Source: Candidatus Omnitrophota bacterium
GTDB taxonomy: Bacteria; Omnitrophota; Gorgyraeia; 2-02-FULL-51-18
Direction: 5' to 3'
Assembly: GCA_016206805.1 (NCBI GenBank)
Contig: JACQQX010000016.1
Coordinates: forward strand, 13,256-77,255
DNA: 64,000 bases
Shown here one piece after another: positions 1-9,937 of this stretch. The translations under genes were made by a program, and so were the position numbers. The notes below the pieces were generated by a model. The model was not told the origin of the DNA. It was given only the letters and a program-made list of their open reading frames with translations, and searched no databases. How positions within the stretch are numbered: position 1 is the first letter of the stretch; every line of letters begins with the position of its first letter.

Positions 1-1277
1 ATGATGGATCGGGCTCCCAGCGCCCGCGGACCAAACTCCATGCGCCCCTGAAACCAGCCGATCACCTTTTCCTGCGCGATCAGCTCCGCCACTCGCCTAG
101 TCAAGCTTCCCTCATCCAGCCGCGTATAAGGAATATGACGCTCTTTTAAAAAAGCTTCGATGGTTTCATTGGAAAACTCAGGCCCCAAATAAGAGCCTTT
201 GAGCGAGTCGGCGGCTTTGGACGCCACACGTTTATTGCCCAACACCTCATACCAGGCAAAAAGGGCCGCGCCCAATGCCCCTCCGGCATCTCCGGCGGCC
301 GGCTGAATCCAGATTTTTTCAAAGATATTTTCCTTCAGGATCTTTCCATTGCCGACGCAATTGAGCGCGACACCGCCAGCCAAACACAAATTCTTCTTGC
401 CGGTGACTTTTCGCGCGTGACGAGCCATGCGGCGCATCACCTCTTCAGTGACATCCTGAACAGAGCGCGCCAAATCCATTTCGCGCTGCGTCAGGTGAGA
501 TTCCGGTTTTCGAGGAGGCCCCCCAAAAAGATCATGAAATTTGGCGTTGGTCATCGTTAAACCGGCGCAATAATTAAAATAATCGAGGTTCAGCTTGAAA
601 GAACCGTCAGCCTTTAAATCCATGAGTTTAGAAAGAATAATGTCTTTGTATTTCGGCTGGCCATATGGCGCCAAACCCATCACTTTGTACTCACCGGAAT
701 TCACCCTAAAACCGGTGTAATAAGTAAAAGCGGAGTACAAAAGCCCCAGCGAGTGGGGAAAGCGAATGTCCATGAGCATTTCCAGATGATTTTGATGACC
801 CACCGCGAGACTGGAAGTGGTCCACTCCCCAACACCATCCATCGTGAGAATGGCCGCCTCATCAAAACCGGAAGGATAAAAAGCCGACGCCGCGTGCGCC
901 TGGTGATGCTCGGGGAAAATGACCTTGCCCTTGAAGCCCAGCTCCTCCTGAATGAGGTCTTTGATCCAAAGCTTCTGTTTGATCCATACGGGCATCGCTT
1001 TGATAAACGAGCGGATGCCTAGCGGCGCGTAAGCCAGATGCGTTTCAAGGATTCTTTCAAATTTGAGAAATGGCTTCTCATAAAAAGCAACCAAGTCCAA
1101 ATCCTTGGAAGCAATCCCCGCCTCGCTCAAACAGTACGCGATGGCTTTATGCGGAAAAGCCGCGTCGTGTTTTTTGCGCGTAAAACGCTCTTCCTGCGCG
1201 GCCGCGATAATCTCACCATCCCGCACCAGACACGCCGCGCTGTCATGATAATAAGCGGAAATGCCCAATATATTCAT
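1..1277 (-). CDS. Carbamoyltransferase (NodU/CmcH/TobZ family), 3' end truncated by window edge
   Basis: Not in the ORF track because there is no stop in the window. Manual translation from ATG at 1277 gives MNILGISAYYHDSAACLVRDGEIIAAAQEERFTRKKHD...EHHQAHAASAF...DGVGEW...GEYKVMGLAPYG...GGVALNC...QPAAGDAGGA...GRMEFGPRALG, all family hallmarks. Confidence 0.95.
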   Translation of the reverse strand, partial: MNILGISAYYHDSAACLVRDGEIIAAAQEERFTRKKHDAAFPHKAIAYCLSEAGIASKDLDLVAFYEKPFLKFERILETHLAYAPLGIRSFIKAMPVWIKQKLWIKDLIQEELGFKGKVIFPEHHQAHAASAFYPSGFDEAAILTMDGVGEWTTSSLAVGHQNHLEMLMDIRFPHSLGLLYSAFTYYTGFRVNSGEYKVMGLAPYGQPKYKDIILSKLMDLKADGSFKLNLDYFNYCAGLTMTNAKFHDLFGGPPRKPESHLTQREMDLARSVQDVTEEVMRRMARHARKVTGKKNLCLAGGVALNCVGNGKILKENIFEKIWIQPAAGDAGGALGAALFAWYEVLGNKRVASKAADSLKGSYLGPEFSNETIEAFLKERHIPYTRLDEGSLTRRVAELIAQEKVIGWFQGRMEFGPRALGARSI

Positions 1278-1281
1278 CGTG

Positions 1282-2421
1282 CTACCTTACCATCTTCTCA
1301 AGAGCCGTCAATACTTCATTCGGCGTGATCCCGGACATGCAGGGATGGCCACCCACCCGGCAGATTTCTTCATGACAGGGTGAACAGGAAACCGGGTTCC
1401 TCAAAGTGGTCGTATTCTCCTCGAGAGACTTCCACTGCTCAAAAACATTGGTGCCGCTGTAGAGAAAAAGCGTTGGCACACTCATTGCCGCGGCGATATG
1501 CGCGGGACCTGAGTCAGGACCAATAAAAATACTGAATTTTCTCATTAAAAGGCAAAGCTCCCGAAGGGTGGTCTTGCCCAAAAGAGAAATACCGCGCGGG
1601 CAAACATCAAAAACAGCGCGGCCGACTTTTGGACTGCCTGAACCGACAAAAACGATCCGGTGATCCGGAAAGCGGTCCGCGAAGGACAAAAGAAAAGCCG
1701 TCACGTTTTCTTCGGGCCAGGCCTTAGCGGAAGCGCCTGCGCCCAATTGCAGCCCTACGTACTTTTCGCCGTCCGTTAGTCCCAAACGCCGCACAAGCGA
1801 CGGAAAACCTTTTTCTTCTTCCGCCGAAAAATAAAGCGCGGGCCTAAGCGCCTGAACGCCGATCCCGATCGAACGCAGCAAATCCAGCGCGTGACCGCTC
1901 TCATGCGCGCCCCGCCGGTAAAACACTTCACGCGTCAAAAAAAATCCGCCTCCGGTGACCCCGTAACCGACCCTTTCGGGGATGCCGGCGGCCGCCAATA
2001 AAAAATTTTCCCGAAGATCTCCGCGGAGACTGATGGCCAGATCAATCCCCTTTTTCCGCAGCAACCGCATCAACTGAAAAAAAGAAAACCGGTTGCGCGA
2101 CGCGTACCGATTTTTGGAAAACCATGGGGCGTCATAAGTAATGACTTCGTCAATGAACGGGTTATTTTCAAGCAGTGGAGCGCCCCAGCTGGAGGTCAAA
2201 AAAGTCAGGCGGCACTCCGGAAAATTTTCCTTCACCGCTTTCGGAATAGCCGTGGCCCGGAGAACATCCCCCACGTGATCCATCCGGATCACCAAAACAT
2301 GCCGCGGCGGATAAGGAGAATGCGCTTTTTTAAAAAACCGCCGTGCCAGCGGGTAGCCCGCCGCGTCTAAAACGCCGGCAAGAAAACTCTTGGTTTTTTT
2401 TCGGAAAATATATTGTTTCAT
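1282..2421 (-). CDS. GT9 glycosyltransferase (LPS heptosyltransferase WaaF/WaaQ-like)
   Basis: LVIRMDHVGDV N-terminal motif, GAGASAKAWP, and IGPDSGPAHIAAA C-terminal GT9 signature. Confidence 0.9.
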   Translation of the reverse strand: MKQYIFRKKTKSFLAGVLDAAGYPLARRFFKKAHSPYPPRHVLVIRMDHVGDVLRATAIPKAVKENFPECRLTFLTSSWGAPLLENNPFIDEVITYDAPWFSKNRYASRNRFSFFQLMRLLRKKGIDLAISLRGDLRENFLLAAAGIPERVGYGVTGGGFFLTREVFYRRGAHESGHALDLLRSIGIGVQALRPALYFSAEEEKGFPSLVRRLGLTDGEKYVGLQLGAGASAKAWPEENVTAFLLSFADRFPDHRIVFVGSGSPKVGRAVFDVCPRGISLLGKTTLRELCLLMRKFSIFIGPDSGPAHIAAAMSVPTLFLYSGTNVFEQWKSLEENTTTLRNPVSCSPCHEEICRVGGHPCMSGITPNEVLTALEKMVR

Positions 2422-2424
2422 CGG

Positions 2425-3156
2425 TCATCTTCCGGGCTTTCTTGCGAAAATCGCCAGCGAACCGGCGATCTCCCTCACCAGAGGCACGGTTTCCATCCAG
2501 GATCCGATCTGCTCGGCGGGACGCACCAAAGCGCCGGGGATCCAGGGATGCAAAAAATCAAAAGGCGTGATTGAAATATCCTGAAAACCTTTTTGCTTTA
2601 AAAACCGTTTCATCGGCCACTTGAAAAATGCGGTTTCATCGGGAGTGTCCCCCATCAAACGTTTGATAAACGGAATATTTTTTTGAATCATGATTTGGGG
2701 GTTGAGCATATTGGGTTCACAAAAAGCGATCACGCCGCCGGGCTTTAGCGTGCGCCAAATCTCGGCAAAAGCGGGCTCAAGGTCCAGATGATGCAGAACG
2801 CGGACTCCAACTACCGCATCGAATGACTCCATTTCATAAGGCAGCGCTTCCACGTCGCAAACACGAAAATCGGCGGCAGCGCCACAGCGCTCCGTTGCTT
2901 TTTGAAGCAAATCAGCCGACAAATCAATCGCGTGCAAACGCGCGCCTGAGCGAAGAAAAACTTGTGAGAAAAAACCGGTGCCGCAACCGATTTCAAGCGC
3001 CTGCTGCCCCGCGCGAAGGCCCGTTCGGCTGACAATCCATTCCGCGCGGCGCATGGAGCCTTTATAACCGGCATCCGTACCGGAATTCCAATAAAACTCC
3101 GGATGATGCAATATTTTTTTAGCGTGCTCGAGTTCCTGAACTTTATTTTGCGGCAT
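2425..3156 (-). CDS. Class I SAM-dependent methyltransferase
   Basis: LEIGCGTG motif I, IDLS, FDAVVG..VLHH, LKPGG. Confidence 0.9.
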   Translation of the reverse strand: MPQNKVQELEHAKKILHHPEFYWNSGTDAGYKGSMRRAEWIVSRTGLRAGQQALEIGCGTGFFSQVFLRSGARLHAIDLSADLLQKATERCGAAADFRVCDVEALPYEMESFDAVVGVRVLHHLDLEPAFAEIWRTLKPGGVIAFCEPNMLNPQIMIQKNIPFIKRLMGDTPDETAFFKWPMKRFLKQKGFQDISITPFDFLHPWIPGALVRPAEQIGSWMETVPLVREIAGSLAIFARKPGR

Positions 3157-3159
3157 GCC

Positions 3160-4668
3160 TTAGTCGGTGTCCGTACCGAAATTAAAAGCATGATTGCGGA
3201 TCAGGCGAAGTCCCGAGCGGACATAATTCAAAAAAATCCGGGGAGAACGGATATCTTTCAGGGTATTGATGATGTAGGAAGGGCGAAGATAAAAACCCAG
3301 AAGTGCTTTTTTTCGGTAACCGATAAGCTCCTCGGTACTCATGGACAAGGTGCGGACAATCGGACGGGCATAATCCCCTTTGGATAGGTTCTTGTCGTCG
3401 AAAAGATTCATTTCCTTGGCCAGACGGTAATATTCAGTTCCGGGCAGCGGATAAGCAATATTAAAATCCAGGAAACTGGGATTGAGTTTTTTGGCAAAAT
3501 CAATGGTCTGCTCCACCGTCTGCCGGGTTTCCCAGGGAAGCCCAATCAGAAAAAGACCATAGGTTTTAATGCCATATTTTTTGCATAACGCTATCGCGCG
3601 CTCGGCGTCCTCCAGCTTGGCGCGCTTTTTCATCTTGTCGAGCATTTCCTGGTTGCCGCTTTCGATACCGAAACCGATAACCCAGCAGCCGGCTTTCTTC
3701 ATCCACTCCAACCGCTTTTCGCTGATGGTGTCCACACGGCTGTTGCACCCCCAGCGGATCGAAAGATTGCGCTCGATAATCATCCGGCACAAATCCATCA
3801 CCCATTTTTCATCCCAGGTAAACGTGTCCGCGCGGAAAAAGAAGTTACGGATGTTGTGACGCTCAACGCATTCGGAAATTTCATCCACAATATTTTTGGG
3901 AGAACGGACTTTAAGCTTATAGCCGGAGGCGATGGTGACCGCGCAATAGATACACTGATGAGGACAGCCGCGGCCCGTATTGATCATCGTGATCGGCTCT
4001 CCGGTGTCGGGCGCCAGATACAAACTATTATTTAAAAGATGACGCGCCGGAAAGGGAAGCGTATCCAAATGCTCCACTTCGATATAAGGCCGGTCCGCAT
4101 TTCGAGCCGGCCGGCCATCCGCGCGATACGCCAAACCCAGAATCTCTGAAAAATCTTTTTTCTCGGCAATCTCGACAATCGCATGCTCCGACTCACCGCG
4201 GATCACCAGGTCCAGCTCCGGGTTCTGCAGGATAATCTCATCGTCTTTTGAAGAAAAATGGGCGCCCTTGGCGACTGTCACGATCGAGGAGTTGATTTTT
4301 TTGGCGATGCGGCAGGCAGCCAAATCATTTTGCACGGTAGGCGTGGTTACACTGACCAAAAGAATGTCCGGCATAAAAAGGGCAATGTCCCGCTCCACCT
4401 GCTCCCATTCGGCCTTGGACGCCGCGTAGTCGGCTATTTTGCATTGGATCTGGAGCTGCTCCAGCATCGCGGCCATGTAAGCCAGATCCAGTGGCGCGCG
4501 ATTCGGCTGGGCCGTCATCCCCTCCACGGGAGCTTGGCAGCGGTCATCCCGCATATAAACTCCCGTCGGCGGATAAATCAGGAAAACTTTTGAAGCGCGC
4601 TTGGCGATGGAGGAAGGGCTAGTCGACAAAACGGTATTTGATGAGGGTACAAACGGCTTCAAGTCCAT
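3160..4668 (-). CDS. Cobalamin-binding radical SAM protein (class B methyltransferase/HpnJ/BchE-like)
   Basis: N-terminal B12-binding-type domain (PLDLAYMAA...GAH...RGESE), GRGCPHQCIYC CxxxCxxC motif, GIESGNQEML. Confidence 0.9.
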   Translation of the reverse strand: MDLKPFVPSSNTVLSTSPSSIAKRASKVFLIYPPTGVYMRDDRCQAPVEGMTAQPNRAPLDLAYMAAMLEQLQIQCKIADYAASKAEWEQVERDIALFMPDILLVSVTTPTVQNDLAACRIAKKINSSIVTVAKGAHFSSKDDEIILQNPELDLVIRGESEHAIVEIAEKKDFSEILGLAYRADGRPARNADRPYIEVEHLDTLPFPARHLLNNSLYLAPDTGEPITMINTGRGCPHQCIYCAVTIASGYKLKVRSPKNIVDEISECVERHNIRNFFFRADTFTWDEKWVMDLCRMIIERNLSIRWGCNSRVDTISEKRLEWMKKAGCWVIGFGIESGNQEMLDKMKKRAKLEDAERAIALCKKYGIKTYGLFLIGLPWETRQTVEQTIDFAKKLNPSFLDFNIAYPLPGTEYYRLAKEMNLFDDKNLSKGDYARPIVRTLSMSTEELIGYRKKALLGFYLRPSYIINTLKDIRSPRIFLNYVRSGLRLIRNHAFNFGTDTD

Positions 4669-5356
4669 GTCTCCAGTTTATCTTTTTCCCCTGCTCATGG
4701 GTGCGGGGAGTATAAGTGATGGCTACTTCCTGAATTGCGTAACCCGCTTTTCTGACTTTTGCGGTGAATTCAGGACAAAACTCAAAACCCCGGCATCGAA
4801 GCCGGAATTTCTCTAATACCTTTCTTCTAAATGCTTTATAACAAGTCGCTTCGTCCGTTATGTTAGCAGAGTAGAGGCGGTTTGCCAAGCCGTTTAAAAG
4901 CAGAACGCCTAAAAAGTGGTGCAGATAAACGACTTCTTCATGGCCTCCCAAAAAGCGGTTTTTAAACCAATGTTGGATAAACGTCCATGGATTCAAATCT
5001 TTGTAACGTGAGCCATAAACCACGTCTATCGCGGGATTTTCAAAAAACCGGAGGATCTTCAGATAATCATTCGGATCATATTCCAGATCGGCGTCCTGGA
5101 TAATGAGAATATCCCCGGCGGCATGAGGCAGTGCTGTCCGGATAGCGCTCCCCTTTCCCAGATTGCGCTCATGATAAATGACTTTTAAATTTTTATATTT
5201 CCCATCGATCTCTTGGCGAAGATATTGGCGGGCGTCTTCGGAAGAACCGTCATCGACGAGTATTACTTCTTTCTCGACCGGCACGGCCATCACGCGGCGC
5301 AGCGATTCGGCGACCAGCGTTTTCTCATTGTAATGGGGAATAATGACGCTTAGCAT
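4619..5356 (-). CDS. GT2 glycosyltransferase (DPM1/polyprenol-phosphate glycosyltransferase-like)
   Basis: LSVIIPHYNE, VDDGS, IQDADLEYDP, VYGSR, TDEATCYKAF. Confidence 0.9.
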   Translation of the reverse strand: MLSVIIPHYNEKTLVAESLRRVMAVPVEKEVILVDDGSSEDARQYLRQEIDGKYKNLKVIYHERNLGKGSAIRTALPHAAGDILIIQDADLEYDPNDYLKILRFFENPAIDVVYGSRYKDLNPWTFIQHWFKNRFLGGHEEVVYLHHFLGVLLLNGLANRLYSANITDEATCYKAFRRKVLEKFRLRCRGFEFCPEFTAKVRKAGYAIQEVAITYTPRTHEQGKKINWRHGLEAVCTLIKYRFVD

Positions 5357-5367
5357 GTTCGCTGATT

Positions 5368-6417
5368 CTAAAGGCTTTGGCGGAATATCTCAATCATCAT
5401 TCTTGCCGTCTTCTGCCAGGTAAAGGCTTGAGAACGGCGCCAGGCGGCATCAGCCAGTTCGCGCCTTAAACCGGCATTGGAATAAAATAAAGACATTTGG
5501 CCGGCAATACTTTCGGGATTCAGCGGGTCGGCATACAAAGCGGTGTGCCCCGCCACCTCCGGCAATGAAGAAGAATCGGAAACAATGCCGCTCAAACCAC
5601 AACGCATGGCCTCCAGAACCGGCAAACCAAACCCTTCATAGATAGACAAAAAAACATAGCCCACCGCCTGATTGTACAATTGATTTAAATCCGGATCGGC
5701 CACATACCCCAAAAGACGCACTTCTTTTTCCAAATCAAGCTCTCGGATCAAACGCCTGATGTCGTTTTCAGCGCCACCGGCTTTGCCGGCTAAAATAAGC
5801 ATCACATCCGAAGGGGTTTCTTTTTTGAATAGGCTAAAAGCGCGCAACAGATTGGGGATATTTTTTCTGGGCTCAAGCGTTCCCACATGCAGAAAAAAGG
5901 GCCGTTCGGATACGCGGGCACCCAATGTATTTTCTTTGGAAAACGCGCGGTTGGGCGCCAAAGGGACCACATGGATAGAATCCGCGGGCCTTTTCAAAAG
6001 ACGGATGATGTCCCGCCGCGTGGATTCGGAGCTGGCCACGACGACCTTCGCGCGTTTGACGCAGTGGGGCAACCACCAGGACCAATAAAAACGCGCGGCA
6101 GGCGGAAGATTGCGCGGATAAAGAACGCCGATGAGATCGTGCACGGTCACGACTTGAGGAATAGTGGAAAAAAAGGCCGGCGCAAAACCCGGACTAAAAA
6201 GAAGGTCTGCCCCACGTGACCCTAGCCTCAGAGGAATTTCCACACTTTCCCAAAGAATACGCGCGGCAGCGCTTAAATCACGGGCACGAGCGGTGGTTAA
6301 ACAATTGAGCTCAATGGAGGGGTCTTCCTGTCCGAGAGCTTCAACGAGGTTTTCGGCATAAACGCCTATCCCCGTTTTATTTCCCTGAGCGGACTGAAAA
6401 TCAACCGCGATTCTCAT
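5368..6417 (-). CDS. GT4 glycosyltransferase (mannosyltransferase-like)
   Basis: TVHDL, VGTLEPRKN, EGFGLPVLEAM (EX7E). Confidence 0.92.
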   Translation of the reverse strand: MRIAVDFQSAQGNKTGIGVYAENLVEALGQEDPSIELNCLTTARARDLSAAARILWESVEIPLRLGSRGADLLFSPGFAPAFFSTIPQVVTVHDLIGVLYPRNLPPAARFYWSWWLPHCVKRAKVVVASSESTRRDIIRLLKRPADSIHVVPLAPNRAFSKENTLGARVSERPFFLHVGTLEPRKNIPNLLRAFSLFKKETPSDVMLILAGKAGGAENDIRRLIRELDLEKEVRLLGYVADPDLNQLYNQAVGYVFLSIYEGFGLPVLEAMRCGLSGIVSDSSSLPEVAGHTALYADPLNPESIAGQMSLFYSNAGLRRELADAAWRRSQAFTWQKTARMMIEIFRQSL

Positions 6418-7508
6418 TCAATTACCGACAAAATTTTTTTCGCGCTGTGACCGTCTCCGAAGGGATTTTTCCAGCTTCTATGTTTACGCACCATTCGTCT
6501 GGCTAGTCCAGCGATCCGCGAAGGATTGTAACCCGCCAACATATTTGCGCCAACTTTTAACGTCTCCGGCCGCTCGGTTGTTGTCCGTAGCGTGACGCAA
6601 GGGACCCCCAAAATACAGGCCTCCTCCTGAACGCCTCCCGAATCCGTGAGAATCAACGACGCGTTTTTTTCAAGAAGCAGAAACTCCAGAAACCCGACCG
6701 GTTTTATCGGATAAATCTGTTGCGGAATTTTCAACCCAAAGCGTTCCAACTGTTTCAATGTTCTGGGATGAACGGGGAAAATAACCGGCATTTTTGATTC
6801 GATAGCCACCCGACCGATTCCTTCTAAAACCGCCGCGAGCCGCTGGGCATCATCAACGCTTTCCTGGCGATGCAAAGTCATCAGACAAAAACCTTTTTCC
6901 AGCGGCAACTTTAAATCCCTTAAATCAATATCCCGTTTGGCGATTTTCAAGTTTTCCTGCACGGCATCCACGATAGTATTGCCGGTTAACGTAATGTTGT
7001 GCGCTGGGATCCCTTCTTTCAAAAGAATGCGCTTGGCCAAAGGTGTCGGCGCGAATAGGTAATGAGACATGTGGTCCGTGAGAATGCGATTCACCTCTTC
7101 GGGCATATTGCGGTCATAGCTTCTGAGACCGGCCTCCACATGGCCTAATTGGATGGCGGGCAGTTTGGCGGTCGCCAGAGCGCCGGCCAAAACGCTGTTG
7201 GTGTCTCCCTGAACCAGCACGGTAGAAGGTTTTTCGGCGGTAAGGATTTTTTCAATCTCGGTCATCATAAAAGCGGTCGGACCGGTGAGACTTCCCTGCG
7301 CGGAAACATTGGTCGGTATTTTTAATTGAAATTGCGGCTGAGGAAGCTCCAGCTGCTCAAAAAAGAGGCTGTCCATCTCAAAAGAATAATGCTGTCCGGT
7401 ATGAATCATAAAATAGGGTTTACGCGAATGTTCCAAGAGACGAATCACCGGGCTAAGCTTGATAATTTCAGGCCGAGTACCGAATACTAACGCAATCCGT
7501 TTTTTCAC
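6414..7508 (-). CDS. wecB: UDP-N-acetylglucosamine 2-epimerase (non-hydrolysing)
   Basis: GTRPEIIK, HTGQHY, VQGDT, HVEAGLRS, MPEEVNR, TDSGGVQEEA, TERPE. GTG start at 7508 overlaps the upstream TGA. Confidence 0.95.
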   Translation of the reverse strand: MKKRIALVFGTRPEIIKLSPVIRLLEHSRKPYFMIHTGQHYSFEMDSLFFEQLELPQPQFQLKIPTNVSAQGSLTGPTAFMMTEIEKILTAEKPSTVLVQGDTNSVLAGALATAKLPAIQLGHVEAGLRSYDRNMPEEVNRILTDHMSHYLFAPTPLAKRILLKEGIPAHNITLTGNTIVDAVQENLKIAKRDIDLRDLKLPLEKGFCLMTLHRQESVDDAQRLAAVLEGIGRVAIESKMPVIFPVHPRTLKQLERFGLKIPQQIYPIKPVGFLEFLLLEKNASLILTDSGGVQEEACILGVPCVTLRTTTERPETLKVGANMLAGYNPSRIAGLARRMVRKHRSWKNPFGDGHSAKKILSVIE

Positions 7509-8248
7509 GAAACACCCTTCCCCTTTTCCCACCGCTTGGCTAATTTCACAAATTCATAATAAGCGCTCAGAAAGCTAAAGAAAAAACCTTCCATCCCGTC
7601 CAGAATCCCCGCGCGCCAAAAAACCCTGTCTAAAAAAACTGCCGGCGGCCGCCAAAAAAGCTGCCGCTTTGAAAATGGCCTTCCCTGCTCCATCCATAAA
7701 GCCGCTTCCAGAGCCGTATACTGATTAAGCTTTTTCATATAATCCGTCATCCGTTCGGTGGAGTGATGCCATAACACTCCGGATAGACAAGGCGTTTTTT
7801 CCGGCCAGGCAATGGCCTCATGCACCAAACCTGAAAAAATCGCCTTCTCTTTTTGAACCAGCCTGAGCGGCCTGTCATTCCCGCTCACGCCATGCTTCAT
7901 CCATCGGCCAAAAATCCTATTTTTACGGTGAACGCGATAAGCGCTGGAGGCCGCGCGCGCAATGGTCTGGCGGATGGACTGGGCAAGCTCAGGGCTTACC
8001 CGCTCATCCGCGTCGACGAATAAAAGCCATTGGTTGGAGGCTTTTTGGGCCGCAAAATTCTTTTGAGACGCGTAGTCCGTAAACGTCCGGCTATAAACCG
8101 CCGCGCCTAAACGCCGCGCGATTTCAAGCGTGGCGTCCCGGCTTCCTCCATCCACTATCACTTTTTCATCACAAAAATCAAGCGCCTTGAGACAGGTTTC
8201 AAGATTGCGCTCTTCGTTGAGTGTAATAATAACCGCTGAAAGACCCAT
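7505..8248 (-). CDS. GT2 glycosyltransferase (KdtX/LgtF beta-1,4-glucosyltransferase-like)
   Basis: LSAVIITLNEE, VDGGSRD, FVDADE, VHE, KLNQYT, GILDG; start taken at MGLSA. Confidence 0.88.
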   Translation of the reverse strand: MGLSAVIITLNEERNLETCLKALDFCDEKVIVDGGSRDATLEIARRLGAAVYSRTFTDYASQKNFAAQKASNQWLLFVDADERVSPELAQSIRQTIARAASSAYRVHRKNRIFGRWMKHGVSGNDRPLRLVQKEKAIFSGLVHEAIAWPEKTPCLSGVLWHHSTERMTDYMKKLNQYTALEAALWMEQGRPFSKRQLFWRPPAVFLDRVFWRAGILDGMEGFFFSFLSAYYEFVKLAKRWEKGKGVS

Positions 8249-8252
8249 ACCG

Positions 8253-9185
8253 CTAGACCACTCCAAAAATTTGACGATCAGGCCGGCTTGTCAATAAACC
8301 GGATTTCTTTAAACCCTGCCGGCGCCGGTACACGCGAGGCAAATGCGGCAGTGCCTGCCAAAACCCCAGAAACAATTCCGGCTTTCCGCTGAAAAGGGAA
8401 TAAGCCAGTCTAAACGGCAGCCAGAAAAAAAACCTTAAAAAAGAGTCCCTGTCCCCCAGGTTCTTCCACATGAATAAAAATGTATTCCGCGCGTTGATCA
8501 CTAGCGTCCGATGGACCCCAAAAGCGCGATGAAAGCTGGTTCCCCCCTCATGCCACGCGCGGCTGGCCGGCTCATAAAGACAAACCCAGCCTTTTTTCTG
8601 GGCGCGAAAACAAATATCGGCATCCTCCAGCCGGCCCGGAAGATAAAGATCGTCATAGCCGCCCAACTCCAGAAACTTTTTCCGGTCAAAAGCCCCAAAC
8701 CCTCCCTGGAATGTGAGCCCGGGACTGTCTTTTTCTTTTTCATACCCCGGATATAACGCATACGCCCAAAAAATACCAAAACGCAGCCGGCCACGGGTTT
8801 TATTTCCTTCGTAATCGCCGGTTTTCAAGGAAAGGCATTGCGGTGTCACAAAAAAGACATCTTTCGAGTTTAAAAACGGCTGGACCAGCGGATCGACAAA
8901 ACCCGCATCGACACGGATGTCGTTATTCATCAAAATGAGAATCTCGTCGGGGAGACCCGTGGCGGCTTCATTGTAGGCGCAAAGCACACGGTTTTGCGCC
9001 ATCGGCATCCATCCCACCGAATTAAAACCGGCGACCACCGACTGACTGGCGTCGGTACTGGCATTGTCCACTACGCTGACGCGGCAATCATGCCGGGAAT
9101 TTTTAACAGCCTGGCAATAAGACGGCAGATACTTTCTCAACAGCTCCTCGCCGTTAAAATTCAATATCAGAATATGGACTTTCAC
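8253..9185 (-). CDS. GT2 glycosyltransferase (WbbL/rhamnosyltransferase-like)
   Basis: ILNFNG, VDNASTD, MNND, LGGYDD...EDADICFR, HEGG. Confidence 0.88.
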   Translation of the reverse strand: MKVHILILNFNGEELLRKYLPSYCQAVKNSRHDCRVSVVDNASTDASQSVVAGFNSVGWMPMAQNRVLCAYNEAATGLPDEILILMNNDIRVDAGFVDPLVQPFLNSKDVFFVTPQCLSLKTGDYEGNKTRGRLRFGIFWAYALYPGYEKEKDSPGLTFQGGFGAFDRKKFLELGGYDDLYLPGRLEDADICFRAQKKGWVCLYEPASRAWHEGGTSFHRAFGVHRTLVINARNTFLFMWKNLGDRDSFLRFFFWLPFRLAYSLFSGKPELFLGFWQALPHLPRVYRRRQGLKKSGLLTSRPDRQIFGVV

Positions 9186-9937
9186 GGACGAACCTCAGGG
9201 TAAAACCGGTCGATTTTTTGAGTGACCACCGCGTGAGCGATAATGAGAATCCATACCGCCGTTGAAGAAGCCGCGTAATAAATCAATAGGGGCTCCAATA
9301 GTCTTTCCTGAAATAAAAAAATGCCTAATGTCAAAACCGGCAGAAAAACGGGAAACGTCACAGTTTCATGCCAGATGGAAAAAAACTTTTTTAAAAAAGG
9401 CCGTGAAGCGGCCTTATTCTCCTGCGATTTTTGCCCATAGGTATCCGGTGCTGTGATCCGTATCCTTCCCTGACGCACGCGCTGCAATATCACCATGGAT
9501 TCGCAAAAAGGAATTACCGAAAGCATCAGCGACCCATAAAAAGCCGTAAAACCCGCCGCCACCCACCCCAAACCCACTCCCAGCCCTAAAAAAGTAAATG
9601 GTGGGACAATGGCATTGGCTATCGTGTCAAAAAAAAGTCCGCTGGCGCAGGTAATGCCTTGAGCCCGGGCCACTTCGCCGTCCACATGATCCAGCAAATA
9701 CCAGCCGTTCACAAAAATAATCCCCAAAAACCATTGCCCTTGGGACAAAAACCATGCCCCCGCTAGACCGGAAACGATTGAGGCAAAGTTCACCCAAAAC
9801 GGCGAAACTGAAAACGGGACCAGAGTGGCCGTGATGTAAATAGAAATGCGCCGCATCACATGACGCCCATAAAAAGAATCCTTATTCCGTCGGGGTCCTT
9901 GCAGCTTTTCTCTCGAGAGTGCGGCCTGCTTCAGCAC
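9182..9937 (-). CDS. CDP-alcohol phosphotransferase family membrane protein (last motif Asp replaced by Asn)
   Basis: LDHVDGEVAR-x8-GLFFDTIAN matches DxxDGxxAR...GxxxDxxxD except for the final D; several hydrophobic helices. Confidence 0.82.
   Translation of the reverse strand: MLKQAALSREKLQGPRRNKDSFYGRHVMRRISIYITATLVPFSVSPFWVNFASIVSGLAGAWFLSQGQWFLGIIFVNGWYLLDHVDGEVARAQGITCASGLFFDTIANAIVPPFTFLGLGVGLGWVAAGFTAFYGSLMLSVIPFCESMVILQRVRQGRIRITAPDTYGQKSQENKAASRPFLKKFFSIWHETVTFPVFLPVLTLGIFLFQERLLEPLLIYYAASSTAVWILIIAHAVVTQKIDRFYPEVRP

Noticed and set aside
753-1328. Two short plus-strand ORFs in the ORF track
   Set aside because: Antisense to the carbamoyltransferase, which the track missed because it has no stop in the window
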